DNA of 64,000 nt from positions 78,938 to 142,937 of the forward strand of contig CALSCP010001488.1 in the NCBI GenBank assembly GCA_943704425.1, given 5' to 3'. Every line of letters begins with the position of its first letter. The stretch's first letter is position 1. Below, in pieces: positions 1 through 13,952 of the stretch. Source of the stretch: Ministeria vibrans ATCC 50519 (taxonomy: Eukaryota > Protista > Filasterea). Below the pieces are notes generated by a model. It saw only the letters and a list, made by a program, of their open reading frames with translations, was not told the DNA's origin and did no database searches. The translations under genes and the position numbers were made by a program.

Positions 1-543
1 GAATTGCTGAATCACTCTCGTGGTTCGGTGGTTCATTTCGCACGGTGTACTTCTTTCGAAAAGTCTTGCTTTTTTGCCTTCCTTTCTCTGGGGTACATTT
101 CATTAGTAATAATTATACATATTATTATTGTTATTTTGAATTGCGATTCTTCAGAGTTTGCCAGTTTTTTCAGACACATCATTTTGAGGGTCAATGTCAT
201 TTCCCTGTCATTTCGCTTTCAAAGACGAAGACACTCGCGCCGGCAGCTCGTCTCCATCACGGTGTTGAACGGCAATGGGGGGGCGAACCGGCTGCCACGA
301 TGCGTCATGTACATATGGTCCAATTGGAGCCAACGCGCAAGAGCAGCTCTGCTGCAACTTTCACTACCAAGCACAGTTTTTTGATTTTGCTGCACCTCTG
401 TCAAAACAAGATATTGCCAGCCGGCAACTGTCGCGTGACGGAAGCCATTAAAATTTAAATCGATTTATTAGACTTAAGAGTAATGAGTATAGACTAAATG
501 GCTTCAAGAAATGAAAATTAAAAGTGGCACTGACTAGAGATTA

Positions 544-3323
<2,780 letters not shown>

Positions 3324-3408
3324 TTGATGTTATTCAGAGAAAAAGTACATTTTATTTATTTTTTTCCCCTTTCAATCAATGTACTTGAGCGAGCGTGATT
3401 GAGTCGAC

Positions 3409-5146
3409 TCAGGCGCTTCTGCAATGCCCAATGAGACACTACTCAGTCCCACTTGAGCTGAGTCATTGAAGGCATATCTAAAAGTGTGAGTGAATGTGTG
3501 AGTTCGCGTGTGAATCAGTCAGTGAGTGAATGAATTAAATTGTGAGTGAGTAAACTTCGTTGCCAGGGTCAGTGTGTGTGTCGGTGTGTAAGTCAGTGTG
3601 TGAGCCAGTGTGTGAGCCAGTGTGTGAGCCAGTGTGTGAGACAGTGTGTGTGTCAGTGTGTGAGTCAGTGTGTGAGTCAGTGTGTGAGTCAGTGTGTGTG
3701 CGAGTAAGTGTGTCGGTGTGTCGGTGTGTCGTGTTTTGGGTATGATCATACGCAAAGCAGTAGTGTGACATGACCAAATGCCATTCTTCCCATTCGTCAA
3801 ACATTTCCAGTCGATTCACCCTACATCAAAAACGAATAAAAATTCATCAGTGACACTGAGTGCGCCACAAAAGTCAAATAAATAAACAACAATGAGTTCA
3901 GGACTGAACACAATAATAAGTATAAGTAAGTCAGTGAGTGATACCGGTCAATTTCCTTCTTAGGAAACGCATTGTCAAACACCGAGTCCATTGTAAGTGC
4001 ACAGACTGAGCCATAGAGTGCATTATGGAACCGACTGCGTTGTGTGCTCAGCGAATGACACGAAGATAGTGAGAGTAATGGACATCCACGACTCTATAAA
4101 AAAAATCAATGCGCTTTTCAGTTCAATATTTTTCTGTTGGTTACGATTGACCTGTAAGTTTTGTAACATTGTTGAACCAAAGGAATCTAGTAGATTGGTT
4201 GGTTCGTAGTTGAGAAAAATGTTTTGTGGAAATTGTGCGGTCCATTTCAAAAGTGACTCGACAGTCTGAAAGGTAGTATACCAATTATTAGAAAAGAGAA
4301 CAAATACAAAAAATCAATTGATTGTGACGCGTACTGATTGTGAGAGATACGATAAGACACATTCAGCAAGAAAAAAAGTTGGAATTCTGCACATAAAAAG
4401 TGAGTCTCTTTCTCCTTTTTTGCTTTCCTTTTACGATTTGTTGAGTCCTCTTTTGACAAGGGTTTCCTCGAGTTGTTCGAGATTGCGCAGATCAGCTGCT
4501 TCTAAGTAGTACTCGTCCGATTCCACTCGGCATCCGTCTAAAAATATAACAGTCAGTACAACAGAGAGACAACTTTATACATCTGACCTGTTTTGAAGTT
4601 TTTCAGCGGTTCTTTGAGTTGTGCGTTCTTTGCGATGATCGCACACTTCTTTGCGGTCACTTCCATAAAGTCCACTTCATAGTAGGTCAGACCCGCAATA
4701 GACTCCTTCTCCGCCTGACAACAAGAATAAAAGATGAGTTCACCGATCGAATAACAATTTATTCGGACCTTTAAACGCCAAAAGAGAGTGTCAAAACCAG
4801 CGCCCAGACTCACAATCTGCTTCTTCGGGCAGGGAAGGGCAAGGAACATATCGACCATGCGGCGCACGGCCTGCACGCGGGTGTAGTATCCTGCGCGCAA
4901 GAGCGGGTTTGAGAGCGACTCCCCAAACACAACACAACGCACCCTTGTTCATCAACGGCGGCACGCGCACCGGCTTCTTGACAAAATATGGCAGGTAGGG
5001 GTCCTTCCAGTACCCTGCGGCGACGGCAGAGCTGCATAGACCACAGAGAGAGCGAGTCAGGACCGTTTGAAGGACAGCGCACTCTTCACGCACTGTTTGG
5101 CAAGACTCGCATCGTCGTTGGTCGACTGCACTTCCCTGTCGCTCAT
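3409..5146 (-). CDS. LCMT1: Leucine carboxyl methyltransferase 1 (PP2A methyltransferase, PPM1), about 10 exons
   Basis: MSDREVQSTNDDASLAK, SAVAAGYWKDPYL, GYYTRV, QIVSLGAGFDTLFWRLK, YYEVDF, PTFFLAECVL, NRLEMFDEWEEWHLVMSHYC. All junctions are GT-AG and in phase; stop TGA at 3409-3411. Confidence 0.95.
3588..3700. repeat. 12-bp minisatellite (CAGTGTGTGAG[C/T]) in the last LCMT1 intron
   Basis: About 8 tandem copies visible. Confidence 0.9.
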
Positions 5147-5390
5147 CAGGAACACCGACTCCCTCGTTACAACGTGCTACAAACTAGAGCAATAAGAAAT
5201 GTAAAAAGAATAATCAATATTTTAATCATTGTGAGTTTCAGTGTTTCAGACGCTCAGACAGTTTGTTTTGTTCTTGTCGTAAAATCAAAACACTCAGTCT
5301 GATACTCTTGCCTAAAACGGTCACTGCCACGCATTTTCGCCTCTCCGTGTTCCCAGACCCAGCTCGCGCAAGGCCCTTGTCGAGAACCCA

Positions 5391-6248
5391 ATGGCATCGT
5401 TCGTAATAGCGACGCTCTTCGCTGCGCTCCTCTCCCTCGCCTCCTGCGCCGCTGCGCAAGTCAACCCAACACCCCAGCCGACAGAAGTGCCCTGGACCAA
5501 CATCATCACCGACGGGAGAAGACCCTTGGCTGCGCCTGACTTGGGTACGACGCGCACGGCTGTTGCTCACTCTGCTCGTCGTTTCTGCTCCTTGCTGCCC
5601 CTCACGCGGGCCTGCAGCACTCCCGCGGGTCTTTGAATCGATCACCAGCACTGCATATGCACTCTCGCTGCCTCAGAGCGCGGCACAGGGACGGCACAGT
5701 GCGCCACAACCACAACCCTTCCTTTCGTGCACACTCACACACTCACGCACGCTCTATCGCGCTGTCTGCGTCCCCTCCCCTCCCCGCCCCCGCGGGCTCT
5801 GACCCTCTCCGTGTGCGCTTCTGTTCTCTGAGTCTGCCTTGATGACTTCGTTTTGACGAGACGAGTGACTATCCGATGAAAAACACTCTTACGCGTTTTC
5901 ATCGTCACACTCGTCCAACACGCACCGCTGTCCCCTCTGCCTGCTCCCCGTGGGTCCACCATTCTATATTGGTTGTGTGACGCACGTCAAATTGCAGCGG
6001 AACTGTGACTGCGCTCAAATGTTATGTGACATGAGTTGTATGACATCCAAACACTAACACTCTTTTTTTTTCTCCCTCAATCGATATGTAGCACTCACAC
6101 TTGCAGTGACCATTTCGGTATGTTCGCTGTGGCTTGCGGGCTGTCTGCTCGTGTACCGTCCCAAAACGATGTTCCGTTGCAACTGGTGTCCGCACGTCCG
6201 AAGAGAAATGTCTCAGACCATCACGGCCGGCTATGCCTCACTCCCTGA
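5391..6248 (+). CDS. Small secreted protein of unknown function, multi-exon; 3' exons uncertain
   Basis: Clear signal peptide (MASFVIATLFAALLSLASCAAA/QVNPTP). Donor G|GTACGA at about 5545 joins in phase to ALPRVFESITSTAYALSLP. Later exons (CLDDFV; RNCDCAQMLCD) are plausible but not certain. Confidence 0.5.
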
Positions 6249-6264
6249 CCAGGACCGCTTTGTC

Positions 6265-6297
6265 TGATCTCTCTCTCTCTCTATCACTTTGTTTCTT

Positions 6298-6381
<84 letters not shown>

Positions 6382-6490
6382 TTGTTTCCCTCTATCACTT
6401 TGTCTCTCTCTCTCTCCATCACTTTGTTTCTTTCACTCTCCTCACTCTCTCTCTCTTTCTCTTTCTCTTTTTCTTTCTCTTTTCTTCTTT
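6265..6490. repeat. Composite (CT)n microsatellite containing ATCACTTTGTTTC units
   Basis: The same motif recurs at 46170-46440 (inverted), 46637-46880 and 53375-53515. Confidence 0.9.
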
Positions 6491-6579
6491 CATTATTCCT
6501 ATTGTACTCTTTTTCCCTTCAAAAACAAAGACACAACGTGAAACAGTCAACTATTTATGTTCTTTGGTAAAACAATTTT

Positions 6580-7549
6580 TCACCAGAGCCCCGACGAAGC
6601 GCCGCCCGGAGGCTGGCGGACGCGTGTGCCGGTGCGCAATTCCCTCTTGGCGTTTGCAACGCGATCAGCTTCCGCCTTAACTTGAGCGGTGATGGCAATC
6701 GGTTGCATGTCGGTCATCTCTCCCGTAATCAGATTGCCGTGACCCGCACGCTCGCGGTGCGACGCAGCTGAACCCACTCGTTGCGACGTCGACGCGGCCG
6801 TGCTCTCGCTCGACAGAATGTTCCCGTGTCCCGAACGATTGCGCTCGGAGAATTCCTGTGCGCGCGACACCGGACGTGCCTCAGCCACAGGTGCGGGTGC
6901 ATGCGCCGCACTCGTCGTCGCTGTCTGTTGGCCAAAGATATCGCCACATCCTCGCTGTTGCTGCCGTGCTCTCTCCGACGCAGTCACCGTCACAGCAGCA
7001 GGCTACATTGAAAATACAGCGCAGTGTCGTTGAAGTGTCAATTCGGGAGTCATTTCAAATAACAATAGTAATAATTATTCAAAAAAAAAAATACGAACAA
7101 AGACACACTGTCGACGAAGGAGCCACTGGATGGCAACGTAACGCCACAAACACATCAAACATAACACACTCGCAATGCTCGGGTGGTCTCGCGAGCACAT
7201 TGAGTTTGGCGGTTTTGACATTGAGTGCAACACACAAAAACGGTTTTTTTGCTCTTCTTTTTTTTGAAATCTGAACTTACTTTGTCACTGTCCTGTGCAA
7301 AGGGCGCATGGGACTGTGCGTGGTGGAAGTATTTCTTTCCAGTAGTGCCTGGCTGTGTCTCCTGCGCAGTCACCGAAGACTCACTGTATAACCAAACACA
7401 CATTCAAATGTTTGCCACTTCTCTTTTTTTTTTTGCTCACTTCTTACTGTGTCTGTGAGTTGTCGGGAGTGCGTCGCGCGGGCTGGGCCGTTTCCGAAGC
7501 AGACGACGATCCAAAAATGTTGGACTAAACAGCGAGAGGCAGCGAGTGA

Positions 7550-7593
<44 letters not shown>

Positions 7594-7685
7594 ACTTGTA
7601 CACTTCCACCGCCGGGCGGCGCTAGCACACGGCTGCTGGGCTTGGCGCTGTGCATCCCAGAGTACATTTCAGTTGAGTTGGCCAT
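6580..7685 (-). CDS. JPT: Jupiter/HN1 (JPT1/2)-family microtubule-associated protein
   Basis: N-terminal SSRVLAPPGGGS|SNIFG (spliced) and C-terminal RVRQPPGGASSGLW are the Jupiter/HN1 PPGG signatures. Internal GxGNIL/GHGNLITGE repeats; 4 exons in phase. Confidence 0.88.
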
Positions 7686-7820
7686 ATTGCAAAATGAATC
7701 AAAATTATTAGTGTGTGATCAAATGTGATTTGTGAAATGAGTCGCGTAAGTAAACTCCTTCTAATTTATTTAAAATGTTAGCTTTATACATTACATTCAG
7801 ATGACAAACGACTCGCTATT

Positions 7821-10800
7821 TCAACCAACCACGTTTGTCGGACTCCAGTAAAAGGCCCTACGCCAATTGCCAGGAAAAAAAGACCAATCAATGTTTCGCT
7901 CACACTCTCCAACTCACTCACCCTCTCTAACTCTCAAACTCTCAAACTCTCTCCGTGCGTTTTCTTACATAATGGCAATAAGGTAAAATGCGAGCATTGC
8001 AGACCCCTGAAAGTAATTACTTGATCCGTCTTGAAGCACATAATTACTCAAAAACACACTCAGCACTAAACCAAATGAAAAAAAACAGTCGAATTAGAAC
8101 TCTCGGTGTGTCAAAGTCATTGAGACGTACACACTAGAACAATCTGAAGATCATTAAAAATGAGGGGAAAGGACTGAACGCCCGACGAAATGTCCATGAT
8201 GGCCCCAATGGCCACGAGAACGGGCATTTGGATGAGGCACACTTGCACCACAATGGAATACCCAATCTCAATGCTAGAGGACCATGGTAGAGCAAAGTGA
8301 GTGACTGACTGACCGACGGAGTGCGTACCTCAATTCAATGTTGTCTTGGAGAGCAAACTGAATCCCGTTGATGATTTCCGCAATGTTAGGCACAATCGCA
8401 ATGATTGTCACTCCTAAAAGAGACGGAGACAAAACAAAATGGCCAGTGAGTACGTGGCAAGACACAAAAACAGCCCAGTGCATGTAATTGTGAGCGTACC
8501 AACAAACTCCTGACCCAAACCAGTTGCTTCCAGAACACCCCCGAGATTATCAACAATAAGCTCAGCAAGAAGGGCCATCGTGACAGAGGCAATAAGGAGA
8601 ATGGTGACAGAGAGACCACGACCCCAGAGCGGCGTGGAGTGATGTGGAGCGGAGGAGGAAGACGGGGGATCGAGAGACGCAGTAGGGGGAGGCGGCGAGG
8701 GTTCGTAGATGTATGTGTGGGTCTGAGGTATGTGTGTGTGAGAAAGAGAGATGGGGGGGAAGGATGAGTGACAGTGAGAGTGAGAGGTGAGAGTGAGAAG
8801 AGAGTAAGTGTGTAGATAAGACAGTTCGTGTGTGAGTGCGTCAAAAACAAAAACGGATCGCAAGAAATGTGTTTAAAATTGGTGCGTGAGTGTGTCAGAA
8901 AAAGATAACAAACGAGAGGTTGATGAAAAAACTGACCTTAAGAGTGAAAATGAGACCGATAATATAAGCAATGGGAAGTAAAACACTGACACCATAAGTG
9001 AGAGGGAGAGTGGAGTCTGTGTAGACCGAATCAGCGCCCAAATGACTCTGAACAAAGTCACAGTTGTCACAGTGAATTGGAGTATCTTGGACGTTTGCGT
9101 CTGCGCTGAAGATAAGCTGGGAGTACTGTTGACGCGCCACTGTGACGTTTTGAGTGCAGAGGTCGCATGTGATGGAGTGCATTCCGTAGATCTAATGCAT
9201 TATATGCAGGGCGTAAGTGTAAGGGTGAGTGTGTACATGTGAATGATTTGACTTTGCTGCGTACCTTTTGGAAGAAGCTTGGAGTGAACGCGCCAATGAT
9301 TGAGACAAAAAGGAGAAGAGAGGAGACGCTAGCGGATGCGGCGTTGAAGCGCTGTTTCTTGTGACGGATGCCACCAATGACCATGCCTGAATGAGCATTT
9401 GGGTTAGGGTTATTGACATTATAATTAGAGTTAGGGGGTTATGGTTAGAGCCCGAGCGAAGTCCTTACAGAGTCCGGGGATGAAGAGCATCAGACCGAGA
9501 AGACTGCCAGTCAGTGATGCTCGAACCAGAGTCAAATAGCTTTTTCTCAAAGACTACAAAAGACAACCAATCAACAACGATCACAATGCACACCCAAATT
9601 CATTACAGTGTAGTAGATGAAGAGCTCAATGACAGAGCCAAAAGTCGCATTGATGACCGCACCAACTGCAAAAGTGGACTGGACAGAAATACACTCAATA
9701 GCCGCTCCAATGTAGAACGCCACGGGAACCACCGCAACCACCGATAGCTAAAGGCATAGAGAGCGAAAGCGATTAAATAAGTGAGTGGAATGAATGAGTG
9801 AATAAAATTGAGTGAGTGAGTGCGATTGAGTGAGTGCGATTGAGTGAGTGAATGAAATTGAGTGAAATTGAGTGACTGAGTGCGATTGAGTGAGAGCAAT
9901 TGAGTGAGTGCAATTGAGTGAGTGCAATTGAGTGAGTGCGATTGAGTGAGTGCGATTGAGTGAGTGAGTGAGAGGTTCGTTGGGTGCGAGTCAAGTGACA
10001 GTGTACAAAATTGATTAATGAGGTGAGATTGTGAACGATTGATGGATTGATTTTTTATTAAGCTGGTACGTTGAGTAAGTGGATGATTAGAATATGAGTA
10101 AGACAATGTAATTATATTGAGACAGAGTGAGATAGTAATAAAAATAATAATTATTATTAGAGTAGTGTTTGGATCTTACCGCAAAAATGAGATTCATATC
10201 GTCAATTTTCATTCCAGGAACATATCCAAAGAGAAGAGCACACACAATGAACGGAATGAAGTTAACCAGGCACTTAAAATAAAAGTCAGAGAGTGAGTCA
10301 GGCAGTGAGCAAAGAGTAAGAAAGACAGCGAGTCAGTTTGACAATGAGACAGACCGCGATCGAGAAAGAGAGACTTACGACGTTCATTCCGCCAACAGAG
10401 TATTTGTAGTAGTATCTGTTGACAGCCTGGTACGTACACACGACAACCTGATGGCCGGGCTGGGGCTCAGTGCCGATGCTACCCACGACCAGTGACGTTG
10501 GTTGCCTAAACAACTCCCACCAGGTGGTCCATGTCACCTGAGAGAGAATTCGGGTTAAAATTGTTTGCACTAAACACTTGATCAATGCGACTGTTAACCT
10601 TTGACATGGGAATCATCACGACACTCATCCATGTGAGAAACGCCGCAACAATATGGAAAAAGACCAAAATGGGCGCAAAGAACATACACCAGACGGCAAA
10701 GCCCAACTGTTCAGTATCATCAGGACCCTCGGACGAAGAAGGGACTGAGCGACTCGCAAGATTGAGTGATGTAGCAGTGGTGAGGGGCGCTTCGTCGCCG

Positions 10801-12039
10801 CTGCCACCATTGGTGGATGAGTGGCTCCGTTGCTGCTGGTGTTTCAAGAGAGATTTCTGTTTGAGAGAGAGGGTTGAATGGACTGAGGCGGAGCGAGAGA
10901 CGCGTGAGGAGAGCCGAATAGTGTTGTCGGGAGACTCGTGGAGAGACGAGCTGTCATCTTGTGGTTGTTGTTGGGGTGAGGGTGCCACAATGGTCATTGT
11001 GCCGTAGCCAGTACGCACTGTCTGCTGTCGTTCTTGTTGATGCGCAACCACACATGGTTTGCTCGCTCCTTCTCCTTCTCCCTCTCCTTCTTCTTCTTCT
11101 TCTTCTCCTTCTCCTCCTCCTCCTCCTTCCTCCTCCTCCTCCTCTTCATCTTCTCCTCCCATTTCCACCTCTTGATGGCCTTGGTGGCCTCTCAGCAGCG
11201 GTTCGCTCTGGAGCGTGGACGAGTCAATGGTGATACTGCTGCTCGCGCGCTCGCGCGCTGCGCGCCTCGTCTCCCCCACAACGGGTTCGTCGTCGAGCAA
11301 CACGACATAGGGCGCTGGTCGTTGCAGAAACTTGCCAAAGGGCCACAGGAAGAAGCCAGCCAGGCGGAAACACAGCTTGGAGTAGTTCCATCCAATTATG
11401 GAGACGGCGAAAAGACAAGCTGGACAACAATCATAATGAAAATGATAAACAATGCAATAATACAATATTTTAGAGTGATGTTGAAAAAAAGTCACATTCT
11501 CCTCAACACATCATCATATGCCTACCAAAGAGCACATACACAAAGGAAAGCCACCATCCAACAAACAGAAGGTACGCAATGTTGCCTGAAACAGCGGAAA
11601 GAGTCAAAAATCAATTCAAAAAAAAAAAGACGACAAAGCGGTGACAAAAAATCGACTGAAACGGAACAATGAATTGGCGTTCAAGAGCAGATTCACTGTG
11701 ACGGGGTAGTGCTTACCAACGGTAATGGTGTTGACGAGGGTAAACGACGCAGAGATGGCCTGGCGCGACGGAATGCGCGGTTCGCGGTAGAGGTCCTGCA
11801 CAATGGTTGATCTGGGGCGGACGACGGTCAGTCTGCGCGCCACACACCCCCGCACACACACACACGCACGCATACCTTTGACTGAGCTCCCGCTGCGTCA
11901 CGTGGCTCTTCCATTTCGAGAAGCCAAAGAGAGTGTTGAGCTGTCGGCGTTTCTCCTCCAAGTCGGCTGGAGGCACTTGCGGGAGCGGCGGCGGCGGCAT
12001 CGGCGGCTCAGGGATCTCGTCCATGTCGCCCATACTCAT
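7821..12039 (-). CDS. Type II CAX / VNX1-like cation/H+ exchanger with N-terminal YccF-like region, about 14 exons
   Basis: GNIAYLLFVGWWLS and FFLWPFGK (YccF); YYYKYSVGGMN; GAVINATFGSVIEL (alpha-1 repeat); GGIRHKKQRFN; FTLKTH; IVPNIAEIINGIQFALQDNIELSIEIG (alpha-2 repeat); DGSSNYFQG. Junctions phase-checked; stop at 7821-7823. Confidence 0.92.
9780..9972. repeat. 14-18 bp minisatellite (TGAGTGAGTGC[G/A]AT) in a CAX intron
   Basis: About 12 degenerate tandem copies. Confidence 0.9.
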
Positions 12040-12345
12040 TGTGGACCAAAGTAAGACAAAAGGAAGAAAAAATTAAAAATAATTAAACAACTCAATGAAC
12101 TCATTGACAACTGATAACAAGGACATTTCAAACGAATCATAAAGCTCGATTCTCTATTAATAATAATACTAATAATAATATTAATTTTTATTATAGTATA
12201 TTTTTCTTATAATACTATTATTATTTTCTTATACACTTTCACATTATGTCTTCTTCTTCACTTAATTATTCAAAGTCTACGGGCAGCTACGGCAAAAGTA
12301 TTGTGCTTCTCTTTTGACATTTCGATTGTTAAATAATTTTCATTT

Positions 12346-13907
12346 TCACACCCTCCCATAAGTATAAGTCACCGTCGTTGTCGTTGGCATCGACGCCGTC
12401 GAATAGAACTGGCGCCCACCACCACCGCCACCACCACCACTGGACGCGGCGGCCGACGAGTACGACACGCTTCCACCACCGCCACTCAATCCATAGCGTC
12501 CCGCTGTCACGGGTCGCACGCTCAACGACGCAACGCCACTCGTTCCCAAAGAAGCGCCCGCCGACGAAGGCCGATCGGTAATGCGCGGCGCAGGCATGGC
12601 CGAGTAGGAGCCTGCGTAAAAGCGCCCGCTCGTGCCACTGCCTCTCCCACTGCGACCACTGCCACTGCGCCGAAACGACCCCGGCTGTTGCAGTCCCTCA
12701 CTGGTCCACTGGGCACGCGCACGAATCTGCTCGCGCACAAAACGGTCGTCCATCATGTGGGCACCCGAACTCGCCCAGACTATCTCACCCTTGCGCGCCA
12801 CGTCAGCCAGCTCACCGTACGTAAACAGCTCGCGCCCATCCGCAGCAAACACGCGTCGACAGGGCAAGGCCATGCCCACACGACGCGTGCACTCACTGAG
12901 AAACTCTCCAAAGTCACTCGCATGCACCATCACTGGCTGAATCAGACGGTTGCCCGTCCCATTCTCGCGCACTTGCACTCGCACCGCATTGGGCAGTACA
13001 CTGTCGTCCTGCACACCACTACCGCCCTCACGTCGACTTCGCACACACAGCTGCGACACCCGCTCACTCGGCTTGCCAAACACCCGCGCGTGCACCCGTC
13101 GCTCCGCTTCCTTCAACTCTCCTTCTAAGCGCTCAATGTATGCCCGAATACGCTCCTCCTCCTCCAGCGGAGCCGCACCTGCCCCCGTTCCATCGCGCAT
13201 CCGTCGCTCTCCCAGTCGTCGCAACAAGTGCTGCTCACGCTTGATCTTCTCCCGCAGAGTCTGCACCGCCCCACTGCCCGCACCCACACGCAGTCGCTCG
13301 CCACTCGTCACCCACACGTCGACCTCATCACTGCTCCCGCTGTTGCTCCCATCCTCATTACGACCACCACTCTCGCCACTCACAAGCTCACTCAGCGACT
13401 CCACTCGCTCCCCTGTCCGTCGGAACACCAGTTTGGCCGCAATGGGCAATGACAGTGCGCGTGTTGCGTCCGCCAGCAGCTCATCAATGCTATTCACCGT
13501 CACCACCGCACTCTCTCCACCCTCTCCGTTGCGATGCACCCGCACCCTCATGCGCGCCCGGTGGTTGTCTCGCAGTCGCTCCGCAAAGCTCGTTGGCTCG
13601 CCCATCTCCGACTTGATACGTCGGTAGCGCGCCTGTCGCGTCTCCCACTCGCTAGTGCCCACCAGTGGTTCACCACACGTCACGTAGCACAGTTGATCTC
13701 GCTTGAGCCCGTCAAGCGAAAACAGTTCCACTCGCTCCTCATCAAACAGACGCCGCGCCGCCTGCGCGAGCCCTAGCGCAGTCGTCGCCTGAGCCAAAAC
13801 CCCCAAAAGCTGATCCGACTGCTTCGATCGACTCTGTCGCTTCTTCGTCACCGTTCCATCGGTATCAGTGGTCGTTACTGTCGCCGTTCGATGCTGCTGC
13901 TGCTGCT

Positions 13908-13952
<45 letters not shown>

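Noticed and set aside
1-460. Overlapping short ORFs at the left edge
   Set aside because: No recognisable motif or consistent exon model; may belong to a gene outside the window.
3535-3752. His/Thr-repeat C-terminus (HTDS)n on LCMT1
   Set aside because: It lies inside a GTATGA...TTTTAG intron; splicing gives a normal LCMT1 C-terminus.
7160-7205. Hairpin in a Jupiter intron as a possible H/ACA snoRNA or micro-exon
   Set aside because: No H box, and the flanking exons already join in phase.
9400-9450. TTAGGG-like words (also near 48951 and 54000)
   Set aside because: Only 1-3 degenerate copies, not a telomeric array.
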